Part shown: one piece after another, positions 51,154 through 60,232 of the stretch
Layout: each line of letters begins with the position of its first letter
How positions within the stretch are numbered: the stretch's first letter is position 1
DNA from: an uncultured delta proteobacterium
Lineage (GTDB): Bacteria > Myxococcota > UBA727 > VGSZ01
Direction: 5' to 3'
Assembly: GCA_963775425.1 (NCBI GenBank)
Contig: CAVZJB010000016.1
Location: 576,001-640,000 of the forward strand
Length of the DNA stretch: 64,000 bases
The notes under the pieces: generated by a model
The model's input: only the letters and a program-made list of their open reading frames with translations
What the model was told of the DNA's origin: nothing
Databases searched by the model: none
Translations under genes and position numbers: made by a program

Positions 51154-51182
51154 GGCTTAAGAGATCACAGGTCCGGTGTCAA
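51154..51182 (-). promoter_or_regulatory. Putative sigma70-type promoter for rpoB
   Basis: Perfect TTGACA, 17-nt spacer, weak -10 TAAGCC, in an AT-enriched intergenic region. Confidence 0.5.
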
Positions 51183-51378
51183 GTGCTCGCGGTCGCAGCG
51201 GATCCATAAGAAAAACCACCACTTGACGCTTCGCGTCCGGACGCCGTCCGACCGGCAGCGCGGGCGCTTCTCCCTCGGGACACGCGCGCTCCTCGACGGT
51301 GCCGCGGCGGCTCGAGCGACCTCGCGCCCGGCGCTGCGCGCGTTGGCAGCAAAGCGGAGGGCGGGCTATTGAGCCTCG

Positions 51379-53811
51379 ATGCAGGCTGGCGCTCTCGCGT
51401 TGATCGTCGGCGGCGCCGAACGCCAGGCGAGCCTGGTCCTGGCGCTCGAGCGCCGCGGCATCGGGGCCGTCGCCGTCGAGGACACCGTCGCCGCCATGGC
51501 CGCCCTCGGCCGCGCGAGATTCCGCGCCCTCATCGTGCTCGGCAACGACAAGTCCGCGGCCCTGCCCTTGCGCGTGCTGTGTCGGGTGGCCCGGCACCGG
51601 CACGCGGGCATCGGCGTCGTCGTCATGCGCGGCCCCGCGGCCGTCGTCGTCGACGAGGACCCGGAGTCGCGCCTCGAAGAGGTCCCGCTCGACGCCACGG
51701 ACGACGAGATCGCCGCCCGCGCCGTCGACGTCATGCCCGTGGACGACGCGGACGCCTCCTTCGACGACGTCACGAGCCCCGATCTCCCCTTGCCCGGCAC
51801 GGCGGCCCCGCTCCTCGAGGGCACGCTCGCCGGGAGCGCCGGCGCCGGCATCCTCGCCGGCATCTTCGCGCAGGAGCTCACGGGCCGCCTCACCGTCGCC
51901 GACGGCGAGGCGCGCGGCGTCCTCTACTTCGCCGCCGGCGAGCCCGTCGCCGTCGACGAGGACGAGGAGCCCACCGCGCGCCACACCGGCACCCCCGGCG
52001 AGGTCCTGCACGCGCACCGCGCCAAGGTGCGCCGGCGTGTGGTCGACTTCATCGAGCAGGACACCGGCGCCTTCAATTTCGTCGAGGACCGGAGCTTCCT
52101 CGACGTCAGGCTGCTCTCCAAGGTGAGCCCCTTCGGCCTCATCCTCGACGCGCGCAGGAAGAGCACCACGCCCGCGAGCCTCCTCGATCTGCACGCGCAG
52201 ATGGCGGGGCGCTACATGGCCGCCGGCGTCGGCCTCGACCGCGCCGACGCACGCCTGCGCCAGTTCACCCGCGACAAGAGCATCGCCGAGGCGCTCCGCG
52301 GCGACGGCGTCACCGTCGAGCATTTCCTCGCCGACGTCGGCCTCGACCCGCTCATGGGCACCCTCGTCGTGCTCACCCTCGCCGAGGCCCGCCTCGTCAC
52401 CCTCAGCGACGACGCGCCGCCGCGCACGGCCACCATCTCGCTCGGGGAGATCCGGGCAGCGCCGAACCCGTTCGTGCTCGGCGAGCAGAACTCCGCGCTC
52501 GTCGACAACACCCTGCCCGAGGCCATGGCGCTGCGCGAGCAGGTCGACCGCCTCTACGTCGAGCTCAAGCCCGCCCGCGATCCGTACGCCGTGCTCGGCG
52601 TCGCCGCCGGCGCGTCCGCCGCCGACGTCGACGCCGCGTACCGGCGGCGCATGGCCGCCCTCAACGTGGACGCCGACGCCGACACCGGCGTCCTCGCGCG
52701 CCTCGACGAGCTGCGCCGCAAGGTGGACCAGGCGCGCGCCACGCTCGTCGAGGAGGAGCGGCCGGCGGCGGCCAGGCTCGAGCAGCTCGGCCGCTACGAG
52801 GTGCTCGGTCCGCTCGGCGTCGGCGGCATGGCCGAGGTCTTCCTCGGCAGGCGCGTGGGCCCCGGCGACGTCGAGACGCGCGTGGTCATCAAGCGCATCC
52901 ACAAGGAGCTGTCGCGCAGCCCACGGATCGTGCGCATGTTCCTCGAGGAGGCGCGCATCGCCGCGTCGCTGGCGCACCCGAACGTCGTGCAGATCTACGA
53001 CCTCGGCGAGAGCAACGGCGAGTACTACCTCGTGATGGAGCTCGTCGACGGGCCCAACCTCGACAGCCTCCTGCAGGACGCCCGGCGCGCGGGCATCTCC
53101 GTGCCGATCGACATCGCGGCGTACGTCGTGGGCGAGGTGTGCGCGGCGTTGAAGGCGGCGCACACGCACCTCGACGAGACCGGGCGCCCGGTGCCGATCA
53201 TCCACCGCGACGTCAGCACCCACAACGTGCTCCTGTCGAGCGGTGGGCAGGTGAAGCTCGCGGACTTCGGCGTCGCCAAGAGCGCCGACGCGCTCGACAA
53301 GACCATCCCCGGCATGCTCAAGGGCAAGGCGCACTACCTCGCGCCCGAGTACATCCGCGGCGCCCCCGCCGACGCCCGCACCGACGTGTTCGCGGCCGGC
53401 ATCGTCCTGTACCAGTGCCTCACCGGCGAGCACCCCTTCGAGCGCGCCACCGCCAATCAGGCCATGAACGCCATCCTCACCATGGCCTGCCCGCCGGTGG
53501 GTCTCAGCCGCGGCGACGTGCCGCGCGCCCTCGAGCAGATCGTCGCGCGCGCCACCGCCCACGACGTGCGCGAGCGCTTCCAGTCCGCGCACGCGCTCCA
53601 CCTCGCGCTCGACTCCTTCTGCGCGGCCACCGGCATGATGGGCGGCGCCACGCACCTCGCGCGCTTCGTGAGCAGCGTCCTCGCGGCGCGGCCGTCGTCG
53701 TCGGAGCCGGCGGAGGTGAGGAGCCCGACGCCGATGCCCTCGCCCGCGGACACCGCGCCCGGCTTCGAGGATCAGACGCTCGAGCTCACCTGGCCGTTCG
53801 CCAAGCCGTGA
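51379..53811 (+). CDS. Ser/Thr protein kinase with N-terminal DUF4388-like and J-like domains
   Basis: GVGGMAEV, VIKR, HRDVSTHN, DFG, YLAPE; TGRLTV..LYFAAGE; DPYAVLGV...AAYRR. Confidence 0.9.
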   Translation: MQAGALALIVGGAERQASLVLALERRGIGAVAVEDTVAAMAALGRARFRALIVLGNDKSAALPLRVLCRVARHRHAGIGVVVMRGPAAVVVDEDPESRLEEVPLDATDDEIAARAVDVMPVDDADASFDDVTSPDLPLPGTAAPLLEGTLAGSAGAGILAGIFAQELTGRLTVADGEARGVLYFAAGEPVAVDEDEEPTARHTGTPGEVLHAHRAKVRRRVVDFIEQDTGAFNFVEDRSFLDVRLLSKVSPFGLILDARRKSTTPASLLDLHAQMAGRYMAAGVGLDRADARLRQFTRDKSIAEALRGDGVTVEHFLADVGLDPLMGTLVVLTLAEARLVTLSDDAPPRTATISLGEIRAAPNPFVLGEQNSALVDNTLPEAMALREQVDRLYVELKPARDPYAVLGVAAGASAADVDAAYRRRMAALNVDADADTGVLARLDELRRKVDQARATLVEEERPAAARLEQLGRYEVLGPLGVGGMAEVFLGRRVGPGDVETRVVIKRIHKELSRSPRIVRMFLEEARIAASLAHPNVVQIYDLGESNGEYYLVMELVDGPNLDSLLQDARRAGISVPIDIAAYVVGEVCAALKAAHTHLDETGRPVPIIHRDVSTHNVLLSSGGQVKLADFGVAKSADALDKTIPGMLKGKAHYLAPEYIRGAPADARTDVFAAGIVLYQCLTGEHPFERATANQAMNAILTMACPPVGLSRGDVPRALEQIVARATAHDVRERFQSAHALHLALDSFCAATGMMGGATHLARFVSSVLAARPSSSEPAEVRSPTPMPSPADTAPGFEDQTLELTWPFAKP

Positions 53812-53820
53812 GCCGAGGGC

Positions 53821-56274
53821 TCACGCGACGTTCCAGCGCGCGACGGGGGTGGCGAAGCCTCGCTCGACGACCTCGACCGTGAAACCGCCGGCGAGCGGCG
53901 GCAGGGGCACGGTCACGTCGACGACGGCGGGCAGCTCCCGGCCGGCGGCGCGCTCGGCCTCGGTGCACCAGGTGTCGAGGTGCACCGTGACGACGCGCGC
54001 GGCGGCGTCGACGGTGACGGAGTGCGCGATGTGCCACGGGCGGTCCGGGACGGTCCCGCGGATGTGGAGGGCGCCCCTGTCGACGTCGAGCATGCCACGC
54101 AGGGAGCGGCGCCAATCCCAGGGCCCGCCGGGCCAATCCTCGACGACGACGCCGGTCGCCGCGCGGGACGGCGGGCGCGAAGCGGACGCGAGCGGCGCGG
54201 TCGACGGCGTGGCCGGCCACGGCGGGGGCGCCGGCGTAAAGTCGCGGCGCGGCTCCGCCCACGGCGGCGGCGGCGCGCCCGGCGGCGGCGCCAGGTAGGT
54301 GCGGAGCATGTCCTGCCACCCCGGCAGCTCGGTCGACGGGTAGCCGTTTTCGAGCGGCGACAGCGGCGCGTACGCCGACAGGCCGCGCGCGTTGGTGGTG
54401 CGCCCCACCCGGGCGCTCGTGGCCGCGTAGCTCGACGCGGCGAGCGCGTGCAGGAGCGCGAACGCCGCCGCGCGCAGCGGCCCGTCGGGGAACGCCCCGG
54501 CGATGCGATCCGCGAAGTCACCGAGGTCCATCTGCAGCGTGCCCCCGAAGCGCAGCGTCTCGAGGTAGATGGACCGCAGGGCCGGGTTGCCCGAGAAGCC
54601 GCCGGCGTCGACGACGGCGCGGGCGAGATCCTCGACGCCGGTGCGCACTGCGGCGAGCGCGTCGAGGCGCGTGGCCGACATCGTGATGTTCCTGGCGCCG
54701 CCGCCGGCGTAGGTGTCGACGATGCTGCGAGCGACGTCGCCGGCCTCGAGCGCTCCCCCGTCGCGGGCGAGCGCGGCCAGGCGCTCGAGGAGCGCGGCGT
54801 ACGGCCAGCCCGTGCTCGGCTCCACCTCTTCGCTGCCGACGAGCCACGACGCGCCCAGGCGCTCGCCGACGGAGGCGACCTCGGCGCTGGCCATGAGGCA
54901 CGCGTCGAACGCGATGATGTCGAGCGAGAGCCCCTCGAGCGCGGTGGTGAGATCGCCGCGCGCCACGCGCAGCAAGGTGCCGCTGGTGTCGTCGATGCCG
55001 GCCATGTCCCACGCGCGGCCGTGGTCCCACACGTCGAGGAGGAAGTGCTCCGACGGGAACGCCTGCTGCACGTACTGCACGGCCGCCCGCAGGACGCGCG
55101 GATCGCCCATGTCCAGCTCGCCGTCGCCCGCCGCGAGGAGCCGGCCGAGGGAGGAGGCCGGATCGACGTCGAGGGTCTTCAGGCTGCCCTTCTCGACGAA
55201 GACGAGGCGGCTTTTGTCCGCGCGCCCGTCGACGAGCGCGAGCACGTTCATCTGGCCGGGCAGCGACCCGACGCGCGCCATCTCGGCGAGGTCGGCCTTG
55301 CCCGCGCCGTCGAGGTTGTTGTCGGCGTTCAGGTAGACGAAGAACGTCCACGGCGCGCGGGGGACGCTCCCGAGGAGCGCCGGCGGCAGCGGCGGCGGGG
55401 CTGCGGCGTTTCCGCGCCACCGCGCGAAGGCCGCGGCGACGTCGGCGGCGTCGACGCCGGTGCCGCGCACGAACGGGTCGGCGCCGCGGCGGAGCGCCAG
55501 GCGGGACAGCGGCGACAGGTCTGTGAGCCCCGGGCTCCCCTCGATGAACACGTCGCCGACGGCGCGCAGCGACGACAGCGCCGACAGGTCCGTGAGCGCG
55601 CGGTTGTCGTGAAGGCTCAGGAACATGTCGAGCTGCGTGATGCCCTCGAGCCCGGCGAGCCCCGTGACGGGGAGCCGGTTGAGCTGGAGCCCGGCGGCGT
55701 CGCGCAGCCGCAGCCCGCGCAGGGTGGTGAGCGCGGGGAGATCGCCGATGACGACGAAGCCCGCGCGCGCGACGCCGAGGCCGTCGAGGCGCGCGAGCTT
55801 CGGGCACTCCTCGATGCGCACCGAGCCGTCGACGCGCGTGAGCCCGGCGAGCGGCAGCGCCGCCACGGACAACCCGTGCACCATCAGGTCGCCCGACACG
55901 CGCTCGAGCGGCGGCGAGAGCGCCGCGAGGTCGGCCTCGTCGATGTCCGGCGCGCACAGCGTGAGGTCGCCGTCGATGGACCGGACGCCCGCGAGCTGCC
56001 GCAGGTCGGCGCGCGAGCGGACGACGACGTTCTTCATCAGGACGGGCGGCAGGAGCGCGTCCGCCTTGGACGCGCGCAGGACCGACAGCGGGGTGCCGTT
56101 TGGCCCGTCGCCGGCGCCGACGGCGGCGCCCGCGACGGCGGCGCCCGCGCCCGCGCCGCCGCCCCAGGCGTCGAGCGGCGCCTCCCCGCCTTTGTCGCCG
56201 TCCGGGACGACCCGCTCGCGCACGTCGGCGATGCGCGGGGCGGTGGGGCTGCCGGGGACGCGAACGACGGGCAC
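53821..56274 (-). CDS. Clostripain-family (C11) cysteine peptidase with N-terminal L-domain/LRR repeats
   Basis: WTFFVYLNADNNL, WDHG, FDACLM, GSEEVEP; LxxLxGLxxL repeats. Confidence 0.82.
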   Translation of the reverse strand: MPVVRVPGSPTAPRIADVRERVVPDGDKGGEAPLDAWGGGAGAGAAVAGAAVGAGDGPNGTPLSVLRASKADALLPPVLMKNVVVRSRADLRQLAGVRSIDGDLTLCAPDIDEADLAALSPPLERVSGDLMVHGLSVAALPLAGLTRVDGSVRIEECPKLARLDGLGVARAGFVVIGDLPALTTLRGLRLRDAAGLQLNRLPVTGLAGLEGITQLDMFLSLHDNRALTDLSALSSLRAVGDVFIEGSPGLTDLSPLSRLALRRGADPFVRGTGVDAADVAAAFARWRGNAAAPPPLPPALLGSVPRAPWTFFVYLNADNNLDGAGKADLAEMARVGSLPGQMNVLALVDGRADKSRLVFVEKGSLKTLDVDPASSLGRLLAAGDGELDMGDPRVLRAAVQYVQQAFPSEHFLLDVWDHGRAWDMAGIDDTSGTLLRVARGDLTTALEGLSLDIIAFDACLMASAEVASVGERLGASWLVGSEEVEPSTGWPYAALLERLAALARDGGALEAGDVARSIVDTYAGGGARNITMSATRLDALAAVRTGVEDLARAVVDAGGFSGNPALRSIYLETLRFGGTLQMDLGDFADRIAGAFPDGPLRAAAFALLHALAASSYAATSARVGRTTNARGLSAYAPLSPLENGYPSTELPGWQDMLRTYLAPPPGAPPPPWAEPRRDFTPAPPPWPATPSTAPLASASRPPSRAATGVVVEDWPGGPWDWRRSLRGMLDVDRGALHIRGTVPDRPWHIAHSVTVDAAARVVTVHLDTWCTEAERAAGRELPAVVDVTVPLPPLAGGFTVEVVERGFATPVARWNVA

Positions 56275-56283
56275 GCGGCGAGC

Positions 56284-56847
56284 CTAGGGGATGCCCGCCG
56301 GGGCGTCCTCGGCAAGGGAGCGGAGGCGTGACGCCAGGCGCTCCCAGGTGTCCTCGAGGGCCTCGCTGATGACCTTGGTGTCGGCGATGGCGGGCATGAA
56401 GTTCACGTCGCCCCGCCAGCGCGGCATCGCGTGCCAGTGCAGGTGCTCGGCGATGCCGGCGCCGCCGGCCTCGCCCATGTTCATGCCGAGGTTCATGCCC
56501 GCGGGCTCGTACGCCTCCCGCAGCGCCGCCACCGTCTCCTTCAACAGCGCCTGCAGCCCGTGGAAGACGTCGTCGGGGAGGCTCTCGAGCCGATCGGTGT
56601 GGGTGCGCGGCACGACCATCACGTGGCCGTTGGTGTACGGGTACTTGTTGAGGATGACGAACGCGTGCGCCCGCGAGGTCACCACGAGCCGCCGCCGATC
56701 CCAGTCGCGGCGGGAGGTGCCGTCGGCGGGCGCGGCCCCGGCGGCGAGCGGGTAGTCGCAGAAGATGCAGCCCGACGGCCGCGGGATGTCGTCCTTGGCC
56801 TGGCCCTGCAAGAAAGCCAGGCGCCAGGGTGCGTACATGCGATCCAC
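56284..56847 (-). CDS. HIT-family hydrolase (Ap4A hydrolase-like)
   Basis: YAPWR, CIFC, LNKYPYTNGH, HLHWH. Confidence 0.92.
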   Translation of the reverse strand: MDRMYAPWRLAFLQGQAKDDIPRPSGCIFCDYPLAAGAAPADGTSRRDWDRRRLVVTSRAHAFVILNKYPYTNGHVMVVPRTHTDRLESLPDDVFHGLQALLKETVAALREAYEPAGMNLGMNMGEAGGAGIAEHLHWHAMPRWRGDVNFMPAIADTKVISEALEDTWERLASRLRSLAEDAPAGIP

Positions 56848-56849
56848 GA

Positions 56850-57185
56850 TCAGCCCTTGGCGGCGTCGGGGACGGGAGCGGGCGCGGGCGCCGCGGCGTC
56901 GTTCACCGCGAGGTTCACGCGATCCTTCAGCTCCTTGCCGCAGGTGAAGAAGGGCACCCACTTCTGCGGCACCTGCACCTTGGCGCCCGTGCGCGGGTTG
57001 CGTCCCTCGCGCGCCCGGCGCGGCTTGGCGATGAAGCTGCCGAAGCCGCGGATCTCGATGCGGTCGTGCCGCGCGAGCGCCGCCCGCATGCTGTCGAAGA
57101 TGGTGTCGACGACAATCTCCACGTCCCGCTTCGACATGTCCGGCACCTGCCGGGAGACCTCTTCGATGAGCTCGGACTTCGTCAC
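56850..57185 (-). CDS. ihfB: Integration host factor beta subunit
   Basis: MTKSELI, RIEIRGFGSF, GRNPRTG, GKELKDRVN. Confidence 0.9.
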   Translation of the reverse strand: MTKSELIEEVSRQVPDMSKRDVEIVVDTIFDSMRAALARHDRIEIRGFGSFIAKPRRAREGRNPRTGAKVQVPQKWVPFFTCGKELKDRVNLAVNDAAAPAPAPVPDAAKG

Positions 57186-57214
57186 CTTCCCTGGTTAGCG
57201 CGGGCGGCGGGTAT

Positions 57215-57236
57215 CGTGCAAGTGCGCGTTTGCACG
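57215..57236. promoter_or_regulatory. Inverted repeat CGTGCAA-N8-TTGCACG upstream of ihfB
   Basis: Read directly; overlaps a possible TTGCAC-N18-TAACCA promoter on the minus strand. Confidence 0.35.
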
Positions 57237-58937
57237 TCAGAAAACGCGGCGCACCTCGGCCCCGAGGTAGTAGTGGCGGAGGATTTCCCGGTAGCCGTAG
57301 CCGGCCTCGGCCATGCCGATGGCGCCCTGCTGGCACATGCCCGCCCCGTGGCCGAAGCCGGCGCCCTCGAGGGTCACGCCGGTGAGGGCGCCGCCGGCGT
57401 CGCGCTCCTCGTCGATGACGAACAGGCCCGAGCGCAGGTGGGAGAGCCGCCGGCGGACCGGGAGCTCCCGCAGCACCCGGGCCTTGCCCCGGCTGCCCTC
57501 CACCAGGAGGGAGCGCAGTCGGCCGCCCGCGCCGCGCTCGTCGATGGAGATGCGCTGCACCTCGCCGACGCCGAGGTCGGCGAAGGCGGCGTCGAGCTCC
57601 TCCCGGGTGAAGTGTCGGGTCCAGCGCCACGCGTCGCCCTTCTGGTTGAACGAGGAGCGGCCGCAGAACGCCGCCGACCGCGGCAGCTTCAAGAACGCGC
57701 GCACCGCGGCCTCGCTCCTGAGGTCCACTGGGACCTGGTGGACGGCGCGCACGGCGAACGCGGAGGAGAGCACGGCGTCGTGGGCGCCGGGGGCGTCGGC
57801 GCGGCCGATGAGCGCGCGCTGCGGGGGCCGGTCCCAGACGACGTCCGCGGCCTCGGTGTGGCCGCCGCAGCAAGCGGAGTAGACGCTGTCGACGAGCTCT
57901 CCGCCCGAGAAGCACAGCTCGCCGCGGGTGGCGAGGGCGGCCTCGGTGGCGCGCGGGGCTTCGGCGCTGACGCCTTTGTAGACCTGGCAGTGCTGCTCGC
58001 TGCACACGAGCTCGGGATCCGCGAAGTGCCGCCGGCCGATCTTGGCGAACAGCTCTCCGCGCGCCGTCACCGCCTGGGCCTTGAGGGCCTCGAGCGGCGC
58101 GGACGCGAACATCTCCGAGGGCAGGACGCCGGCGACGAGCTGGTCCTCGTCGACGAGGTTCACCACCGCGAGCGTGCCCTTCTTGTCGGGGAGGACCACC
58201 ACCTCGCCGCGCAGGACGCGGTCGGCGTAGCCGTGCTCGGCGTAGCCGACGCCGTGCTCGACGTCGTGGACGGTGAGGACGCCGCCGTCTTTCGCGGTGA
58301 TGCGCGCGGCGGGGCCGCGCAGGCCCGCGGCGCGCACGCCCCCGGTGGGGAGCTTCACCAGGCGCTCGATGGGCGCCGGGCGCGCGCCGAGCTTCTCGAG
58401 CGCGGCCACGTCGGAGCTCCGGGTGACGACGAGGACGGCGCGGTTGTCGACGACGGTGCCCTTGACGCCGTAGACGCCGCCGACCTCCATGAGCTCGACG
58501 TCGACGCCCTTGTCCTTCCAGCGGGCCGCGGCCTCGTGCTTCTCGGCGCGCGCGTCGCCCTCGAGGGTCTCGAGGACGAGGACCTTCTCGACCACCGCGG
58601 GGGCGCCGCCGGACTTCTCGACGACGACCTTGTCGCCCCCGGCGAGCTCACGCCGGTTGTCGCCGACCACGACCACGAGCCCGCCGGCGGCCTCGACGAC
58701 GACGTCGCGCGCGCCCTGCATGAGCCCGACCGGCACCAGCGGCCGCCCGTCGGGCGCGAACAGCAGCCGGTGGCTGTACAGATCGACGACGATGCCGCCG
58801 GTGGCCTCGGCCCGCGCCCCGCCCGCGAGCCCCGTGACCGCAGGGAGCGCCGTGACCGCGGTGAGCGCCGTGACCGCGGTGAGCGCCGGCGCGAGCAGCG
58901 GCCGCCGCCCCCGCGCTCGTCGTCGTGGAGCGCTCAC
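57237..58937 (-). CDS. SpoIID/LytB domain protein
   Basis: GVLPSEM, EALKAQAVTAR, CQVYKG, GFGHGAGMCQQGA, ILRHYY; GTG overlaps the thrC stop. Confidence 0.88.
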   Translation of the reverse strand: MSAPRRRARGRRPLLAPALTAVTALTAVTALPAVTGLAGGARAEATGGIVVDLYSHRLLFAPDGRPLVPVGLMQGARDVVVEAAGGLVVVVGDNRRELAGGDKVVVEKSGGAPAVVEKVLVLETLEGDARAEKHEAAARWKDKGVDVELMEVGGVYGVKGTVVDNRAVLVVTRSSDVAALEKLGARPAPIERLVKLPTGGVRAAGLRGPAARITAKDGGVLTVHDVEHGVGYAEHGYADRVLRGEVVVLPDKKGTLAVVNLVDEDQLVAGVLPSEMFASAPLEALKAQAVTARGELFAKIGRRHFADPELVCSEQHCQVYKGVSAEAPRATEAALATRGELCFSGGELVDSVYSACCGGHTEAADVVWDRPPQRALIGRADAPGAHDAVLSSAFAVRAVHQVPVDLRSEAAVRAFLKLPRSAAFCGRSSFNQKGDAWRWTRHFTREELDAAFADLGVGEVQRISIDERGAGGRLRSLLVEGSRGKARVLRELPVRRRLSHLRSGLFVIDEERDAGGALTGVTLEGAGFGHGAGMCQQGAIGMAEAGYGYREILRHYYLGAEVRRVF

Positions 58938-60232
58938 CGCGCGCCCCGGGCGAGCGCGGCCACGACGGCGTCGACGCTCGCATCCACGAGCACCGGCTTG
59001 TTGTCTTCGACGCGCGCCTTGGCCTCGGTGAATTTCAAGCCGTTGGCCGTGCTCACGACGACGACCTCGTCGCGCTTCTTGATGAAGCCGCTGCCCCGGA
59101 GCTGGCGCACGCCCGCGTAGGCGGCGCCGGTCTGGGGGCACGACAACAAGCCCGTCCGATCGAGCGCGCGCATGGCGTCGACGAGCTCCGCCTCGCTGCA
59201 CGAGGTCGTCGTCCCGCCGGTCTCCGACAGCGCGATGCGCGCCCGCGGGAAGCTCACCGGGTCGCCGATGCGGATGGCGGTGGCGAGCGTGTCCCCGGCG
59301 ACCACCGGATCGAGCCGCGCGTAGCCCGACGCGCGCGCGCGGTGGAGCGGATCCGCCGCCGCCACCTGCGCCGCCACCAGACGCGGCAGCCGATCGATGA
59401 CGCCGGCGGCCCGGAGCACCGAGAAGCCGCGCCAGGCGGCGTAGACGTTCCCGAGGTTTCCGCTCGGCACCACGACGACGTCGGGCGCGCGCCAGCCGAG
59501 GTCGCGCGTGATCTCGAAGGCCACCGTCATCTGCCCGAGCAGCCGCAGCGGGTTCTTGGAGTTCGCCAGGAACATCCCCGGGCGGCGGCCGACGCCGGCG
59601 ACCACGCGCATGCACGCGTCGAAGTCGCCGTCTATCTCGAGCACCCGCGCGCCGTGCGCGAGCGGCTGCACGAGCTGCGCGGGGCTCACCTTCCCCTTCG
59701 GCAGCAAGACGACGACGGGGATCTTTGCGCGGGCGCCGTAGGCGGCGAGCGCGGCGGAGGTGTCGCCGGTGGAGGCGCACACGAGCGCTTCGACCTTCTT
59801 TTTGCGCGAGACGGCGCGGGCGGCGCTCACGAGCACCGTCATCCCGAGGTCCTTGAACGACCCCGTCGGCTGCTGCCCGCACTGCTTCACCCGAAGGTTC
59901 TTTTCGACGTCGACGAGGGGGCTGCGCCCTTCCCCGAGCGTGACGATGTCGCGGGCCGCCAGCTCCGGCAGCACCCAGTCCTTCCACATCCACACGCCCG
60001 AGGTCGCGGTCTTCGAGCGCTCGTCGAACAGCGCCCGCCAGCGCGCCCCCCCGCGCGCGCCCCGGGACGTCGACGCCGCGCGGCGGGTCTTTTTGGCAGG
60101 CGCCGCGTCGTCGACGAACGGGCCCACCGCCGCCACCTCGAGCAGGCCGCCGCACGCGGGGCACTCGGGGTGGCCCGAGAGCGCCGCCACGGCGGTGCCG
60201 CACTCGAGGCAGCGGAACGAGGCGCGGCTCAT
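58934..60232 (-). CDS. thrC: Threonine synthase
   Basis: PTGSFKDLGM, CASTGDTSAA, VPSGNLGN, STANGLKF. Confidence 0.92.
   Translation of the reverse strand: MSRASFRCLECGTAVAALSGHPECPACGGLLEVAAVGPFVDDAAPAKKTRRAASTSRGARGGARWRALFDERSKTATSGVWMWKDWVLPELAARDIVTLGEGRSPLVDVEKNLRVKQCGQQPTGSFKDLGMTVLVSAARAVSRKKKVEALVCASTGDTSAALAAYGARAKIPVVVLLPKGKVSPAQLVQPLAHGARVLEIDGDFDACMRVVAGVGRRPGMFLANSKNPLRLLGQMTVAFEITRDLGWRAPDVVVVPSGNLGNVYAAWRGFSVLRAAGVIDRLPRLVAAQVAAADPLHRARASGYARLDPVVAGDTLATAIRIGDPVSFPRARIALSETGGTTTSCSEAELVDAMRALDRTGLLSCPQTGAAYAGVRQLRGSGFIKKRDEVVVVSTANGLKFTEAKARVEDNKPVLVDASVDAVVAALARGAR

Noticed and set aside
58830-58890. 18-bp repeat as a regulatory element
   Set aside because: Simply encodes (ALTAVT)n in the SpoIID-like signal region
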